A stretch of 60,986 nucleotides of DNA, filler included, from Syncephalis fuscata S228 (lineage: Eukaryota; Fungi; Zoopagomycota): the NCBI GenBank assembly GCA_025786725.1. It is 3 parts of 3 records of this genome, joined end to end, with 100 filler letters (N's around TTAATTAATTAA, not from the genome) between each part and the next. Parts side by side here need not be neighbours in the genome. Positions count along the whole stretch, not along the records: positions 27,277 to 54,142 come from JAHLTZ010000108.1; 2 more parts are not named here. One strand, 5' to 3'. Below the pieces are notes generated by a model, which was not told the DNA's origin, made no database searches, and saw only the letters and a program-made list of their open reading frames with translations. Position numbers and translations under genes: made by a program. Of the stretch, positions 27,277-39,629 are shown one piece after another. Position 1 is the first letter of the stretch; each line of letters opens with the position of its first letter.

Positions 27277-27929
27277 ACTAATTCTGCTCATTGATCATGC
27301 ATATATGCTCATTAACTTTAGCACGGCTAATCGTCAGTATGTAGTGCATATTCTTTATATTGGATACTGTTTTATTGTCTAATAACTATGCGCTAGCTAT
27401 TGCAGTTGTTCTTTTTGTTCTAGCACTATTATTAAGAAAGTTTGACTAATGTCGGTCATCTACTCATGCATATATGCATAATAACTTCAACAATGCTAAT
27501 CTCGTTTAATATTGCATATTCATTATAATGCTTATTATTTTATTATATATTGGCTATACGCTATCTATAACCGTTGTCAGTATGGTTACAGCTCTTTTAT
27601 TAATAAAAATTAATATATTGCACTTAGTTTGTTCACTGGACTATATTGATAGAACAAATAATATAAATATGAATAAAGTTATGTTTTATTAAGATTGTTT
27701 ATAAATAAACTATACTATGTCAATTAGTTATGATTTTATTGTTAATCAAGCAAAGTGACGGGTATATATAGTAATAACATATACTGTGATGATATATGCA
27801 TACTGGATAATGATTTATGATGATGGGTATTTTGGACCCTGATGTCACTCACCACCCATCATTATGTTTAATAGAAGGAATGTGTAGTTCAATTACGCGA
27901 ATGCTATTAAAAATAGCCATTTGACCCCC
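27277..27929 (-). mobile_element. Partial copy of the inverted-repeat element, cut by contig start; inverted relative to 30578-31227
   Basis: The ~650 nt are the reverse complement of 30578-31227; ends ...CCATTTGACCCCC. Confidence 0.8.
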
Positions 27930-28998
27930 GAATCATAATAATTGTTTATTCATATTACATCAGCACTTGCACCCACACTATAAAAACAGTCTGCCGATCG
28001 CATAGCACACGATTTACGTCACACCTTCCTCTTTCTCTTCCTCCACACTTGACAGCATTCATCCACTAGCCACCTTCCCACTTGCACTTGTTTCCATAAG
28101 TTCAGTATATGCTTTGCTTGCTATATGTCATTGTTAGTCTATTAGTATAAGCATGCCTAGTCTCGGTACTACATACCGCCCTGCTGTATGGCGCCATGCA
28201 GCAGTGCTAGCGGTATCGTTTTACCTTGTGAGCAGCTGCTAGTATGCTAACTATGCTGGATATATGCTACTAAACAACATGCACTGTTCTCTTTCTCTTT
28301 CTTTTTCTCTTTCTCTTTCTCTTTATCCACCTTTTCTTTAACCTTCCATTACTTACCGTACTAGCAACAGTGTATGCTGGATATATGCTACCAAGCATAT
28401 ACTGTTCCTTTCTCACTCTCTACCTCATCCTTTCCTCTATACCTTCCATTGCTCACCGTGCTAGCAGTAGTGTGTTTAGCTACGGTAGTAGCATATGGTG
28501 GCACTCTGTACTGGCCATACAGAAGTGCCATTATATGCACTGCCTGTAAACACCTGCCAGCACGATATTGCATTGGCAGCTCTTCTTCTCTTTCCCTTTT
28601 TCCTTTTAATAAACCACTTACCGGTCCTTCTTTATGATACACTGATTATGCAATGGTAAGTAACTAACTTAAATCAGTCACTAACTCTGCATATAATACT
28701 TTAGATTTACAAGCCATCAAGTATCAAGTTCAAGGACAATGGCGTATTAGTGTGTTAGCGGCTGGCTACCAAGCAATATAACAACCAATGTTATATTGAT
28801 GACTTTAGATTTTGTTTACTAACTTACTAACTTGTATTGATACTTACAGATTTATATCATAAATAAAAATAACAATTTTGTTTTAGTGTGCTAGCGGCCG
28901 GCTACACAACATTGCAACATACTAACTTTATATGTATTGTTTTAGATTTAGGTACTTGGACACTAACACTAACACTTGTTGATTATTATAGATTTTAG

Positions 28999-29933
28999 AT
29001 AGCCGAACACCGACACCAGTACCAACATCAACACCAACATCGACACCAACATCGAAAACAGCACCAGCACTAGCACTAGCACCAACAACATCAACACCAG
29101 CAACACCAACACCAACATCAGCAACACCGACATCAACATTGGCACCAGCACCAACAACACCAGCACCAGCACCAGCAACACCAGCACCAGCAACACCAAC
29201 ACCAACATCGACAACAGCACCAGCACTAGCACTAGCACTAGCACCAACAACATCAACACCAGCAACACCAACATCAGCAACACCGACACCAACACCAACA
29301 ACACCGACATCAACACCGACATTAGCACCAACACCAACATCAACATCAACACCACCAACAACATCAACACCAGCAACACCGACACCAACAACACCAGCAA
29401 CACCGACATCAACACCGACATTAGCACCAGTACTAGCACCAACAACATCAACACCGACACCAACACCAGCACCAACATCGACAACAGCAACACCAACATC
29501 GACAACAGCACCAGCACTAGCACTAGCACCAACAACATCAACACCAGCAACACCAACACCAACATCAGCAACACCGACATCAACATTGGCACCAGTACCA
29601 ACAACACCAGCACCAGCACCAGCAACACCAACACCAGTACCAACAACAACAGCAACACCGACATCAACACCGACACCGGCACCAGTACTAGCACCAACAA
29701 CATCAACACCGACACCAACACCAGCACCAACAACACTAACACCAGCAACACCAACACCAACATCAGCAACACCGACATCAACATTGGCACCAGCACCAAC
29801 ACCAACACCAACACCAACACCAACATCGGCACCAACACCAACATCGGCGCCAACACCAATACCAGCACCAACAACACCAACAACATCAACACCGGCACCA
29901 ACACTAACATTATTATTGTTATTTAAATTTTAG
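28999..29933 (+). CDS. Putative Pro/Thr/Ala/Ser-rich (mucin/extensin-like) exon or low-complexity hexamer repeat
   Basis: Open frame follows a TTTTAG acceptor. Codons are mostly NCA/NCG (T, P, A, S). No signal peptide exon could be assigned, and the paralogue at 57518-58370 is frameshifted. Confidence 0.4.
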
Positions 29934-30577
29934 ATCGCCGGCCATGGACACATTAATGTAAGTATTATTATTATAAATAGCCGGCCGCTAGCACACTGAA
30001 ACCAAATATAAAATATAAATTCAGGACAATTGTCTACTAACGTACTAACATTGTATTTATTGTTTTAGAATTGTAGGTAGCCGGCCGCTAACACACTAAT
30101 CGCCATTTTAAATAAATAAGTAATGTAATACTGCAGATATAGCAGTATCCATTATACTTTGTATGTGGTGGTATACTGCCACCAATAAACGGTGGTATAC
30201 CATCACAACAATAGCAACAAATAAGTACTTGATGCGATATCATCAAGATTAAAGTTATATTAAATCAATTTAATAATATATTATTTATTATTAATTAATA
30301 ACTTATTATGCTCTGATATTACCAAACAATATCAGAGCAAAGCATTAAATAAAAGCACATAGCTACTAAATAAGTAGATGCAAAGGTTTATACTTTTGCA
30401 TCTCTTAATCAACAACAATCAATACAATATAGTTTATTGTATTTAATAATGTTAATTGTAATAATAAATATTATACAATTAGTATATTTGCACATATTAA
30501 CTACTCATTAATTAATTAAATAAAATGATTTTTACAATCGTTAAATAATTTATTAATTATTATAGTATGCTTTGATA

Positions 30578-31742
30578 GTCAAATGGCTATTTTTAATAGC
30601 ATTCGCGTAATTGAACTACACATTCCTTCTATTAAACATAATGATGGGTGGTGAGTGACATCAGGGTCCAAAATACCCATCATCATAAATCATTATCCAG
30701 TATGCATATATCATCACAGTATATGTTATTACTATATATACCCGTCACTTTGCTTGATTAACAATAAAATCATAACTAATTGACATAGTATAGTTTATTT
30801 ATAAACAATCTTAATAAAACATAACTTTATTCATATTTATATTATTTGTTCTATCAATATAGTCCAGTGAACAAACTAAGTGCAATATATTAATTTTTAT
30901 TAATAAAAGAGCTGTAACCATACTGACAACGGTTATAGATAGCGTATAGCCAATATATAATAAAATAATAAGCATTATAATGAATATGCAATATTAAACG
31001 AGATTAGCATTGTTGAAGTTATTATGCATATATGCATGAGTAGATGACCGACATTAGTCAAACTTTCTTAATAATAGTGCTAGAACAAAAAGAACAACTG
31101 CAATAGCTAGCGCATAGTTATTAGACAATAAAACAGTATCCAATATAAAGAATATGCACTACATACTGACGATTAGCCGTGCTAAAGTTAATGAGCATAT
31201 ATGCATGATCAATGAGCAGAATTAGTCGACATTTGTTAATAATAGAGCTAGAGCAAAAGTAAAACCAGTTTTAGATAGAGGAAGGCTAAGTGAGTATAGA
31301 ATGATACATAGAATGATAAATATACGGTAAGAAATCATAAAAACAATGTTAAAGTTATAGTGCATATAGTGCAATGAGGGAAATGAGTAAAGCGTATTGG
31401 GACACACAAATAATAGAATGTATCTAGCATATCATAGAATGATACACAGTAGTGTGGGACAGAATGGGAATAATATAGGTGAATATAGGATATATGCATA
31501 CTGGATATATGCATACTGGATAATGAATCTATGCTGATGAGTATTTTGGACCCTGATGTCACTCACCACCCATCATCATGTTCAATAGATTGGATGTTAG
31601 TAAAATAGTCATTTGGCACCCAAAAAGTAACAAGTGTGATGATGTAATGATTAAAGAAAACTCACCACTTGTCCCCATGTTCAAAAGAACGAATGTGTAG
31701 TTCAACTACGCGAATGTTATTAAAAATAGTCATTTGACCCCC
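30578..31742 (+). mobile_element. Non-autonomous TIR element (MITE/foldback-like), ~1.16 kb
   Basis: Left end GTCAAATGGCTATTTTTAATAGCATTCGCGTAATTGAACTACACATTC is inverted at the right end (~31691-31738). Subterminal GTGACATCAGGGTCCAAAATAC is also inverted. AT-rich non-coding interior; several copies in the window. No transposase or clear TSD seen. Confidence 0.65.
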
Positions 31743-31994
31743 AAAACAAATAATAAATGCCATGATATGATGCTCAATATAATTTACCACTTGTCCCATG
31801 TTCAAGAGAACGAAAGTGTAGTTCAATTACGCGAATATTAAGTGTATTCAACAAATAATAAATATACCATTTATTATTATTATTAGTAAATAAACACAGT
31901 ACACAGTAAATTTTAAACATATGTCATTTATTTAATTATTTTAATAATGATGGAGAAAGCGAGAAAGGTACCAATTAATAAGTGTTATTGGCTA

Positions 31995-32215
31995 TTAGAA
32001 TGGGAATAATTTGGCAATCTTCTTGGTGGGTGCTAGATCGGGCTTGATATGAAGTATAGTAAGCGAAACAGCAAATACAATAAATAGTAAAACAAACATC
32101 AGACCATACTCGATGCATAGGCGACGGCGACGACTGCGTTCGCGCATCGAGTAAATAGGGCGACGGAATTGGCGGCTGGGCGGCAGCCAAAAAGTAATGA
32201 CCGTATGCCAGCAAC
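31995..32215 (-). pseudogene. FKS1: Inverted short fragment of 1,3-beta-glucan synthase C-terminus
   Basis: WHTVITFWLPPSRQFRRPIYSMRERSRRRRLCIEYG; reverse complement of 32550-32660 and beyond. Confidence 0.85.
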
Positions 32216-32717
32216 ACATCTATGGCACATGCTGCTCTATTTATTGGAAGGCTGGGACCCAGCCTTCACCGTACTTGGCGTCATGGCGATGATTGCCATT
32301 CAACGTGCAGTATTTGCTTTAATGACTACATTTTTACTGACACGCGAATACGACCAAGATGCATCCAATCTTGCTTGGTGGACGGGTAAATGGCGCGGAC
32401 GTGGTCTTGGCTGGGGCGGCATTCTACAGCCATTGCGTGAATTTTGCTGCAAGATTGTTGAGGCATCGCTATTCGCCGTTGACTTTATTGCTGGCCACTT
32501 TATTCTATTCGCTCTATCGCTGTTATGTCTTGTACCATGGATGGATCGTTGGCATACGGCCATTCTCTTCTGGCTGCCGCCCAGCCGCCAATTCCGTCGC
32601 CCTATTTACTCGATGCGCGAACGCAGTCGTCGCCGCCGCCTATGCATCGGATATGGTCTGCTTTTTACTTTAATGTTCCTCGTGTTTGCTGCTTTAATTG
32701 TTGTATCTCATATTTAG
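32216..32717 (+). pseudogene. FKS1: 3' fragment of 1,3-beta-glucan synthase (GT48) gene
   Basis: LLTREYDQDASNLAWWTGKW...QPLREFCCKIVE...DFIAGH...DRWHTAILFWLPPSRQFRRPIYS is the conserved Fks C-terminal region. The rest of the gene is absent. Confidence 0.9.
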
Positions 32718-33214
32718 CTAAATTTAGCACTTGCAAGCATAATTACAAATATTTCTATTTTAGTGGTTGGAGCTTATTGGCTGAAATGCGGATCAATGAG
32801 TACACACATTTATGTGTATAACTAGATGGATGAACGAAGAAATGAATTGACGAATGAATTATGAATATCTATGCTTTTACTACTCTATAGACTATCGATA
32901 AAAACCTTTTGCTTTTTATTTATACTTTTCATGTACATGTGTTTATCACAATATTGTTTTTCATCATTTTTCATCCAAGTACAATCATCCTTTGACTACC
33001 GCTGCTTTGCTACCATTGATTTATATCGTTTCCTTTTTTCTCCATCATTATTAAAATAATTAAATAAATGACATATGTTTAAATTTTATTGTGTGCGACT
33101 TTTAATTTACTAATAAGGATAAATGGCATATTAATTTTTCTTAATCAAATAACAAAATTTTATACAGCTGATCAAAATACACAGTGATATTTGCAAAATT
33201 AAACTATATATTTT

Positions 33215-34020
33215 TTCTATTTAACATAGAACTGGATGATGAGTGACATCAGGGTCCAAAATACTCATCAGCATAGATTCATTATCCAGTATGCATATAT
33301 CCAGTATGCATATATCCTATATTCACCTATATTATTCCCATTCTGCCCCACACTACTGTGTATCATTCTATGATATGCTAGATACATTCTATTATTTGTG
33401 TGTCCCAATACGCTTTACTCATTTCCCTCATTGCACTATATGCACTATAACTTTAACATTGTTTTTATGATTTCTTACCGTATATTTATCATTCTATGTA
33501 TCATTCTATACTCACTTAGCCTTCCTCTATCTAAAACTGGTTTTACTTTTGCTCTAGCTCTATTATTAACAAATGTCGACTAATTCTGCTCATTGATCAT
33601 GCATATATGCTCATTAACTTTAGCACGGCTAATCGTCAGTATGTAGTGCATATTCTTTATATTTGTATATTAATTTATTATCTAATAAATACGTATCAAC
33701 TATTACAACTTGTCTTTTTGCTCTAGCACAATTATTAATAAATGTCAACTCATTCATCTCATTCATTTAACAAGCTATATGTAATTAGAATCTATAATAA
33801 TATGCTGTATTCAGTATAGTATATAATAGTATATAATAGTATAAGCATGCATTGTTAACAATATATATGGATAGAGAATATATAAATACTGGATAATAAA
33901 TTTACGCTAACAAATGTTTTAAGCTTTGATGTCATTCACTACCTAACATTATGCTCAATAGAAAGAATTTTTTAGTTCAGTTACATAAATATTTATTAAA
34001 TATTGTCATTTGATCACTAA
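33215..34020 (-). mobile_element. Third, partly diverged copy of the TIR element in reverse orientation
   Basis: 33240-33663 is the near-perfect reverse complement of 31142-31565. A degenerate end motif (TGATGTCATTCAC...GTCATTTGATCACTAAA) lies at ~33927-34020. Confidence 0.75.
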
Positions 34021-34815
34021 ATCACACTATAATTAAATGATTTGAACTTAAGAATAAATCGTATAATAATGTTAAATGATTCATAACATTTATATAATTA
34101 ATATATTTTGCTACTTTAATAAGTAAGCGTTAGGGTGCATAAGCGTTTTAAGCTAAAAGTTAAAAATAATATAACATTGCATATTAATGTAATAACACTA
34201 ATAAAAAATAAGATGATTGGCTAAATAGACGACTAATGTTATTGTTAAAATGATTAATGAGAGTAGTTGTATTGAATGTAATACAAATCAAATGACCAAA
34301 TGGTATTATATGAATAAAAGACTATACATAGATTAATCATTATTATGTAAATGCATTTAAACTGTTATATAAAATAATACTTTTAGCAAGTATCATTAAT
34401 CAATTACAGTAATTATATGACAAAGAACATTAAAAGACATGACGACTATTAAATCAAGGCGCAAGCACATGCTGCACTCAATGACCAAACCTGTAATACG
34501 ATGTGAAATTGTGATATAATGGCTGCAAAAATATCCATTACATTTTTAATCTGTATATGAAAATATAATAATAAATATATCAAATAATGCTGACGTAAAA
34601 ATAACTAACCATATAAATCACTATGTAACTGGTTGCAACTCTTTCATATCTTTCTTAAAGATTTAAATATTTTCTTTCTCAAAAACCTGTAATTAGCAAC
34701 AATGACTTGTGTCTTTCAATTTTGAGGCCTATACTATGCATGCAATGCACAATGTTTTGATTAATAAAACTAGATTAGATATTTACATTGAACGCAGAAA
34801 GCAGCTATAAATATT

Positions 34816-36570
34816 ATGTTATTCTTCTCAGTAGCTGCTGGTTCTGATAGTTTACTTTATTTAGTTTTTTACGTTAAAATGTTGGAAAAATATGCAGCAG
34901 CAAAACGCTGCCGTGAACGCCGAGCAATACGAGACAAACAGCTGAAAAAAACTCGCGAAACACTTGCATCTCCGGAAATACACCCACTTTTGGCCAAATC
35001 AGATGAAATCCTTGCTTTATCAACTCTTGAACTGCGCAATCGGCTAGCTCAAAGGATGTACACAGCAGAACAAGTTCTGGCTGTAATGCTGCAAGCAGCA
35101 ATAAATGCAAACGAATATACTAATGCTATTACTGAAGTTCTTCTGGACGAGGCATTTGAGGAGGCGCGTCGATTAGATAAACTAGATAAGCCAAAAGGGC
35201 CACTTCATGGCATTCCAGTCTCGATAAAAGACAATATTGATGTAGCCGGCAAAGATACAACACTGGGCTATTCTGCGCGTGCATTTCATCCAGTTGCCAA
35301 TGATGCTCCAGCAGTTGCATTGGTACGCAGCGCTGGTGCCATTCCCTTTGTAAAAACAAATGTACCCCAGGGAATAATCAGCACTGAAACGGATAATCCA
35401 ATCTTTGGACGTACAAACTCAGCGCGTAATAAAGCATTAATATCTGGCGGCAGTAGCGGTGGTGAAGGTGCACTTATCGGTAGTCATGGATCAATATTGG
35501 GTCTAGGCAATGATCTCGCTAGCTCGCTACGTAATCCGGCTTCTATTAATGGTATTTACTCGCTCAAGCCAACCTCAAGTCGTATACCGGCAACCGGCAA
35601 TCATTCAGCGTATGACTATACACCCGTCATACCACTAGTATGTGGACCGATAGGGCACGATATAGACGCACTCCAATTGCTTATGAGTTCCATTATCGAT
35701 CAGAAGCCATGGACCATGGATCCATCCTGTGTTGCCATACCTTGGGTGCCAGCAACTCTTCCGTTAAAGCTGCGTGTTGCATACTATGTTGACAATGACT
35801 ATGTGCCAGCATCTCCTGTTGGGCGACGTGCTATTATCGAAACGGTTGAAAAACTACAAGCTGCCGGTCACGAGGTGGTCGAATTTAAGCCGCCCAATAT
35901 TTTTGAAGCAACTCTGGCAAGCGTCAAGGCTTTATGGCCAGATGGTGGCCAAGCACTTGTTAAAGAGCTAAAGGGCGATCCCATGTATCCGACAATAGCA
36001 GCCACTACTCAATTCTCTAGCAAGTCTTATATACAACGTGCACTCATTAGCTGGTATATCCGTAATTTCACCGATGATCCAAGAAAAGCGGATATACTTG
36101 AAGCGGGTGTCGATAAAACAAAAGAAGAAATGTATTTAGTAACTCAAGCACGGGACAGCTATCGCAAGCTGTTTTTTGATGAACTAGCCAAGCTTACTGA
36201 CTCTGAACAGCACCCAGTTGATGTTATTTTATCGACCACTCAGGTCATTCCTATGATTGAACACGATGTCACTACTAAATTACCCATTGATCTGTCATTT
36301 ACATTAGTCTACAATTTACTCGACGCACCATCCGGCGTAATTCCTGCCATCACATTTGACAAAGAAAAAGATGCATCACAAGACAACATTTCTTGGTGGA
36401 ACGATGGTCGCACCATCAATTCTGTTGAAGCACAGTTTCGAAACAACTACAACGCTGAGCTATTTCACGGCTCACCGTGCGGTGTTATGGTCAGTGGTCG
36501 CCGTTTCGAGGATGAACATGTCCTGGCATGCATGCGTGTTATCGACAATGTCATTAATCAGTTCAATTAA
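34816..36570 (+). CDS. Amidase-signature family enzyme (FAAH/acetamidase-like), single long ORF; true start may be the Met at 34879
   Basis: GPLHGIPVSIKD (catalytic Lys), KTNVPQ, NPIFGRT, GGSSGGEGALI and GLGNDLASSLRNPA (nucleophile Ser region). Confidence 0.9.
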   Translation: MLFFSVAAGSDSLLYLVFYVKMLEKYAAAKRCRERRAIRDKQLKKTRETLASPEIHPLLAKSDEILALSTLELRNRLAQRMYTAEQVLAVMLQAAINANEYTNAITEVLLDEAFEEARRLDKLDKPKGPLHGIPVSIKDNIDVAGKDTTLGYSARAFHPVANDAPAVALVRSAGAIPFVKTNVPQGIISTETDNPIFGRTNSARNKALISGGSSGGEGALIGSHGSILGLGNDLASSLRNPASINGIYSLKPTSSRIPATGNHSAYDYTPVIPLVCGPIGHDIDALQLLMSSIIDQKPWTMDPSCVAIPWVPATLPLKLRVAYYVDNDYVPASPVGRRAIIETVEKLQAAGHEVVEFKPPNIFEATLASVKALWPDGGQALVKELKGDPMYPTIAATTQFSSKSYIQRALISWYIRNFTDDPRKADILEAGVDKTKEEMYLVTQARDSYRKLFFDELAKLTDSEQHPVDVILSTTQVIPMIEHDVTTKLPIDLSFTLVYNLLDAPSGVIPAITFDKEKDASQDNISWWNDGRTINSVEAQFRNNYNAELFHGSPCGVMVSGRRFEDEHVLACMRVIDNVINQFN

Positions 36571-37469
36571 TAAGTTTTATAATTATTAATAAAATATTGT
36601 TTAACATCTAATAGCAATGAAAGCATGTTAAAAAGAATGTTTAAATTAATTGCGCGAATATTATCCAATGTAATCATTTGATTCACAATTCATATTAAAT
36701 TATTAATAAGTTGTTTAGTATTAATTTATTGGCAGCAACATAAATGTAATAACTATGCAGATAAACTATATTCACTTTCATGCAGAATCTAACTAGCAAC
36801 CTCTATATAAACACTACAACTGCATCATTATATCCATATCAACTTAAATACAGACAATATTTGTAGTGCCGATTTCATGCTGTCTACACACTTATAATTA
36901 TCAATGTAACCACCACAAACAAACACACAGCAAACTCCATATTCACTAGACAGAATATTGTTTTATTATGTGCAGTCTAGCGCCGTTTGTAGCACGCTGA
37001 AATGCGTGCCACAAAATCATGTAGTATTTAGTTGACTATATACCTACAAGTGCTCACATAGTAAAAGGCACGATTAAATCACACTACACTTGCTGGTTTA
37101 CTTAATTATGTTAAACAATAAGCAGTAGTAGTTTTGTAATTATTAAATGTATAGCAAGTGTAAATCATACTGGACAACAAATAATAACAAAAGAGAAAAG
37201 TATAAAGTATATTGGGCGGCAAATAATAGCAAGAGAAGATGAAAAGACGACGTTTAGTTTAGACGCGGCAAAACTAGCTTATATCATAATAAACATGTTC
37301 CATGAGACCGTCCAAGACCAGTGCACCACACAATTATTTTTAATCTTCGATATAAGTAACTATAATTATTTTATTAAAGATTCAATATATGTAACTATTA
37401 GTGCAATAGTCAATAGACCGCTTATTTCTTTATTTAAAAAACAATTTGTCCATTTAACGTTATTTAATA

Positions 37470-37610
37470 TCCAGATGAATGCTTTTGGTAAAATTTACGC
37501 AATTAAGCTACACGTTTTTTCTATTGAACATGACGCTAGGTGGTGATTGACATTGATCATCAGATACTCATCATTGTAGATTTATTATTCAGTATGCATA
37601 TATCATTTTT
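37470..37610 (+). mobile_element. Degenerate left-end remnant of the TIR element
   Basis: TACGCAATTAAGCTACAC...CTATTGAACATGA...GGTGGTGATTGACAT...ATACTCATCA...AGTATGCATATATC is colinear with 30600-30715. Confidence 0.55.
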
Positions 37611-38392
37611 TGATATTTACAAGAAAAGATATAAACATAATAATAATTTATGATAATAGTTTATATCTAATAAATAAACATGTTACTTATATTAATTACT
37701 AAAGCACTTGTAATAATGATTGCACTATTATTATTCTAAATATTAAATGATTTACTAACACGTGAACATGATCAAAATGAGCCGAGCTCTGCTTGGCAAA
37801 TTGATAAATCAAGCAAACGTTATGCCTCATGCCATATATAAATTGCTACCATGTTGCCTTTTTAGTTGTCACATATTTACTAATTCTGTTGTTTCATTTG
37901 TATCGACTATGGTATTCTCTTTATCTTAATGTCTATTTACTCGTCGCCTTATTTGGTGTATTCCATGTTAAGCCAAATATAATGCCTATAAACAAAATTA
38001 CAAAAAATATTTCTATTTAATAATTAAAGATCGATTAGTGCACAGACCCACCTCACACACATGCATTCTTGTAATAGCTAAATGAATAAGCAAATGCATT
38101 ATATTTATCTATGTTATCAGCAATCTGTAGATTGTTGAAAAAAGGCCTTTAATGCTTTTTCTGTACTTTTCATGTACATGTGTGTATCACATGTTTTTCC
38201 ATTACTTTCATCCATTGTGACTATTCTTGTTCGAAGTTGCTTCACTACCATTGATTGGTACCATTCCTGTTTTCCCTCAATCATCATCATCAAAGTAACT
38301 AAATAAATAGCATACTTTCAAATTTACTGTGTCCTCACATAGCATCTTGTACTGTTTCCATTTTACTACTATATTGTTTAACCGACTTAACC

Positions 38393-39629
38393 ATGACTGT
38401 TTCTGCCGCATTACCCATTATTGATTTCCAAACGATATTAGATCCTAATGCGGATCCAATAGCTCGCAAGAAAACAATTAAACAAATCGATACTGCAGCT
38501 CGTCAATATGGGTAAGTGTAGCTATATTGTGCAAAACTGCTGGATGAAATATAAATAGAGCTGTATGTATGTATATAACCTAATGGTGTTTACTAGATTT
38601 TTTTATCTTATCAATCATGGTATACCAAAACAAATCCACGATGAAATGCGCAAACAAACAAAGTTATTTTTTGCAAAATCCCGTGCTGAAAAAAAAGCAT
38701 ATGGTCAATATGGAGCTGTACGTGGCTATCACGCCTACACAAATGATGGTGTATTGGATAACAATCTACAGCACGAGACAATGATGTTTGTTCAATCACT
38801 TGGACATTATCGCAATGGCAAACCTTTAAATCAAAATGACGACAATACAGCACTTGATGGAGCTGATGTTTTTGGGCCACAGATGACGCTTATCAACGAT
38901 CCGTTAGCTGAAATAGTTTCTGTATATCGCGAAGCCATCTCAAAACTTGGTCGGCATATGATGAACCTATTGGCTGCTGCGCTAGGCTCAACCAATTCCG
39001 ATTTTGAATGGTTAAATGATTCATTCCATACCATTAAACTGAACTATTACCCACCGTGCGAACAAGTAACGGCAAAAAAGAGTGTGGGCATGAGGGAGCA
39101 TACAGATTTTGGGTAAGCATTAATTATAGTTAAACAATGATTTAATACTAATGATATTAATAATAAATAGTATGTTGACTTTTCTTGATCAGGTAAGAAA
39201 AGTATATATTTATTTAAAAATACTTATTACAGTTGATTAGGACTCTGATATTACATTGCTTGAAATAAAAACTATTGATGGTGAATGGCAGTTTGTTGAG
39301 CCGGTGCCGAATAGTTTTATTGTTAATTTAGGCGATATGATGCCCGTAAGTAACTAACTATATATTACCTATAGTATTGCTATATTTATACTATCAAATA
39401 GCCATGGTCGAACGGTCAATACCGATCGGCGACGCATCGTGTAACGCATAGTCATAGTCACCAGCGACATTCCATCGCTTCTTTTTTCGATTCGCGATTC
39501 GATGCATTTGTGCCAACACTTAAGGAAGCAGTACCTACTGGTGAAGAACCACGCTATCCTCCCAATTGCTATGGTGATAATGCAATTGCCAAGATGGGTG
39601 ATTTTTACGGTGTTGATGAAAAGGCATAA
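38393..39629 (+). CDS. 2-oxoglutarate/Fe(II) dioxygenase (IPNS/DIOX_N + 2OG-FeII_Oxy), tandem copy 1
   Basis: MTVSAALPIIDF...GFFYLINHGIP, LNYYPP, HTD, VNLGDMM, WSNGQYRSATHRV and RHS motif; introns are canonical. Confidence 0.9.

Noticed and set aside
28969-29910. 313-aa Leu/Val/Met ORF on the - strand (also 57618-58364 and the HQ-repeat ORF 57588-57926)
   Set aside because: Shadow frames of a stop-free hexamer repeat.
31222-31562. Duplicated small ORFs (also 33243-33583, 11400-11825)
   Set aside because: Chance ORFs within the AT-rich repeat element, with no recognisable domain.
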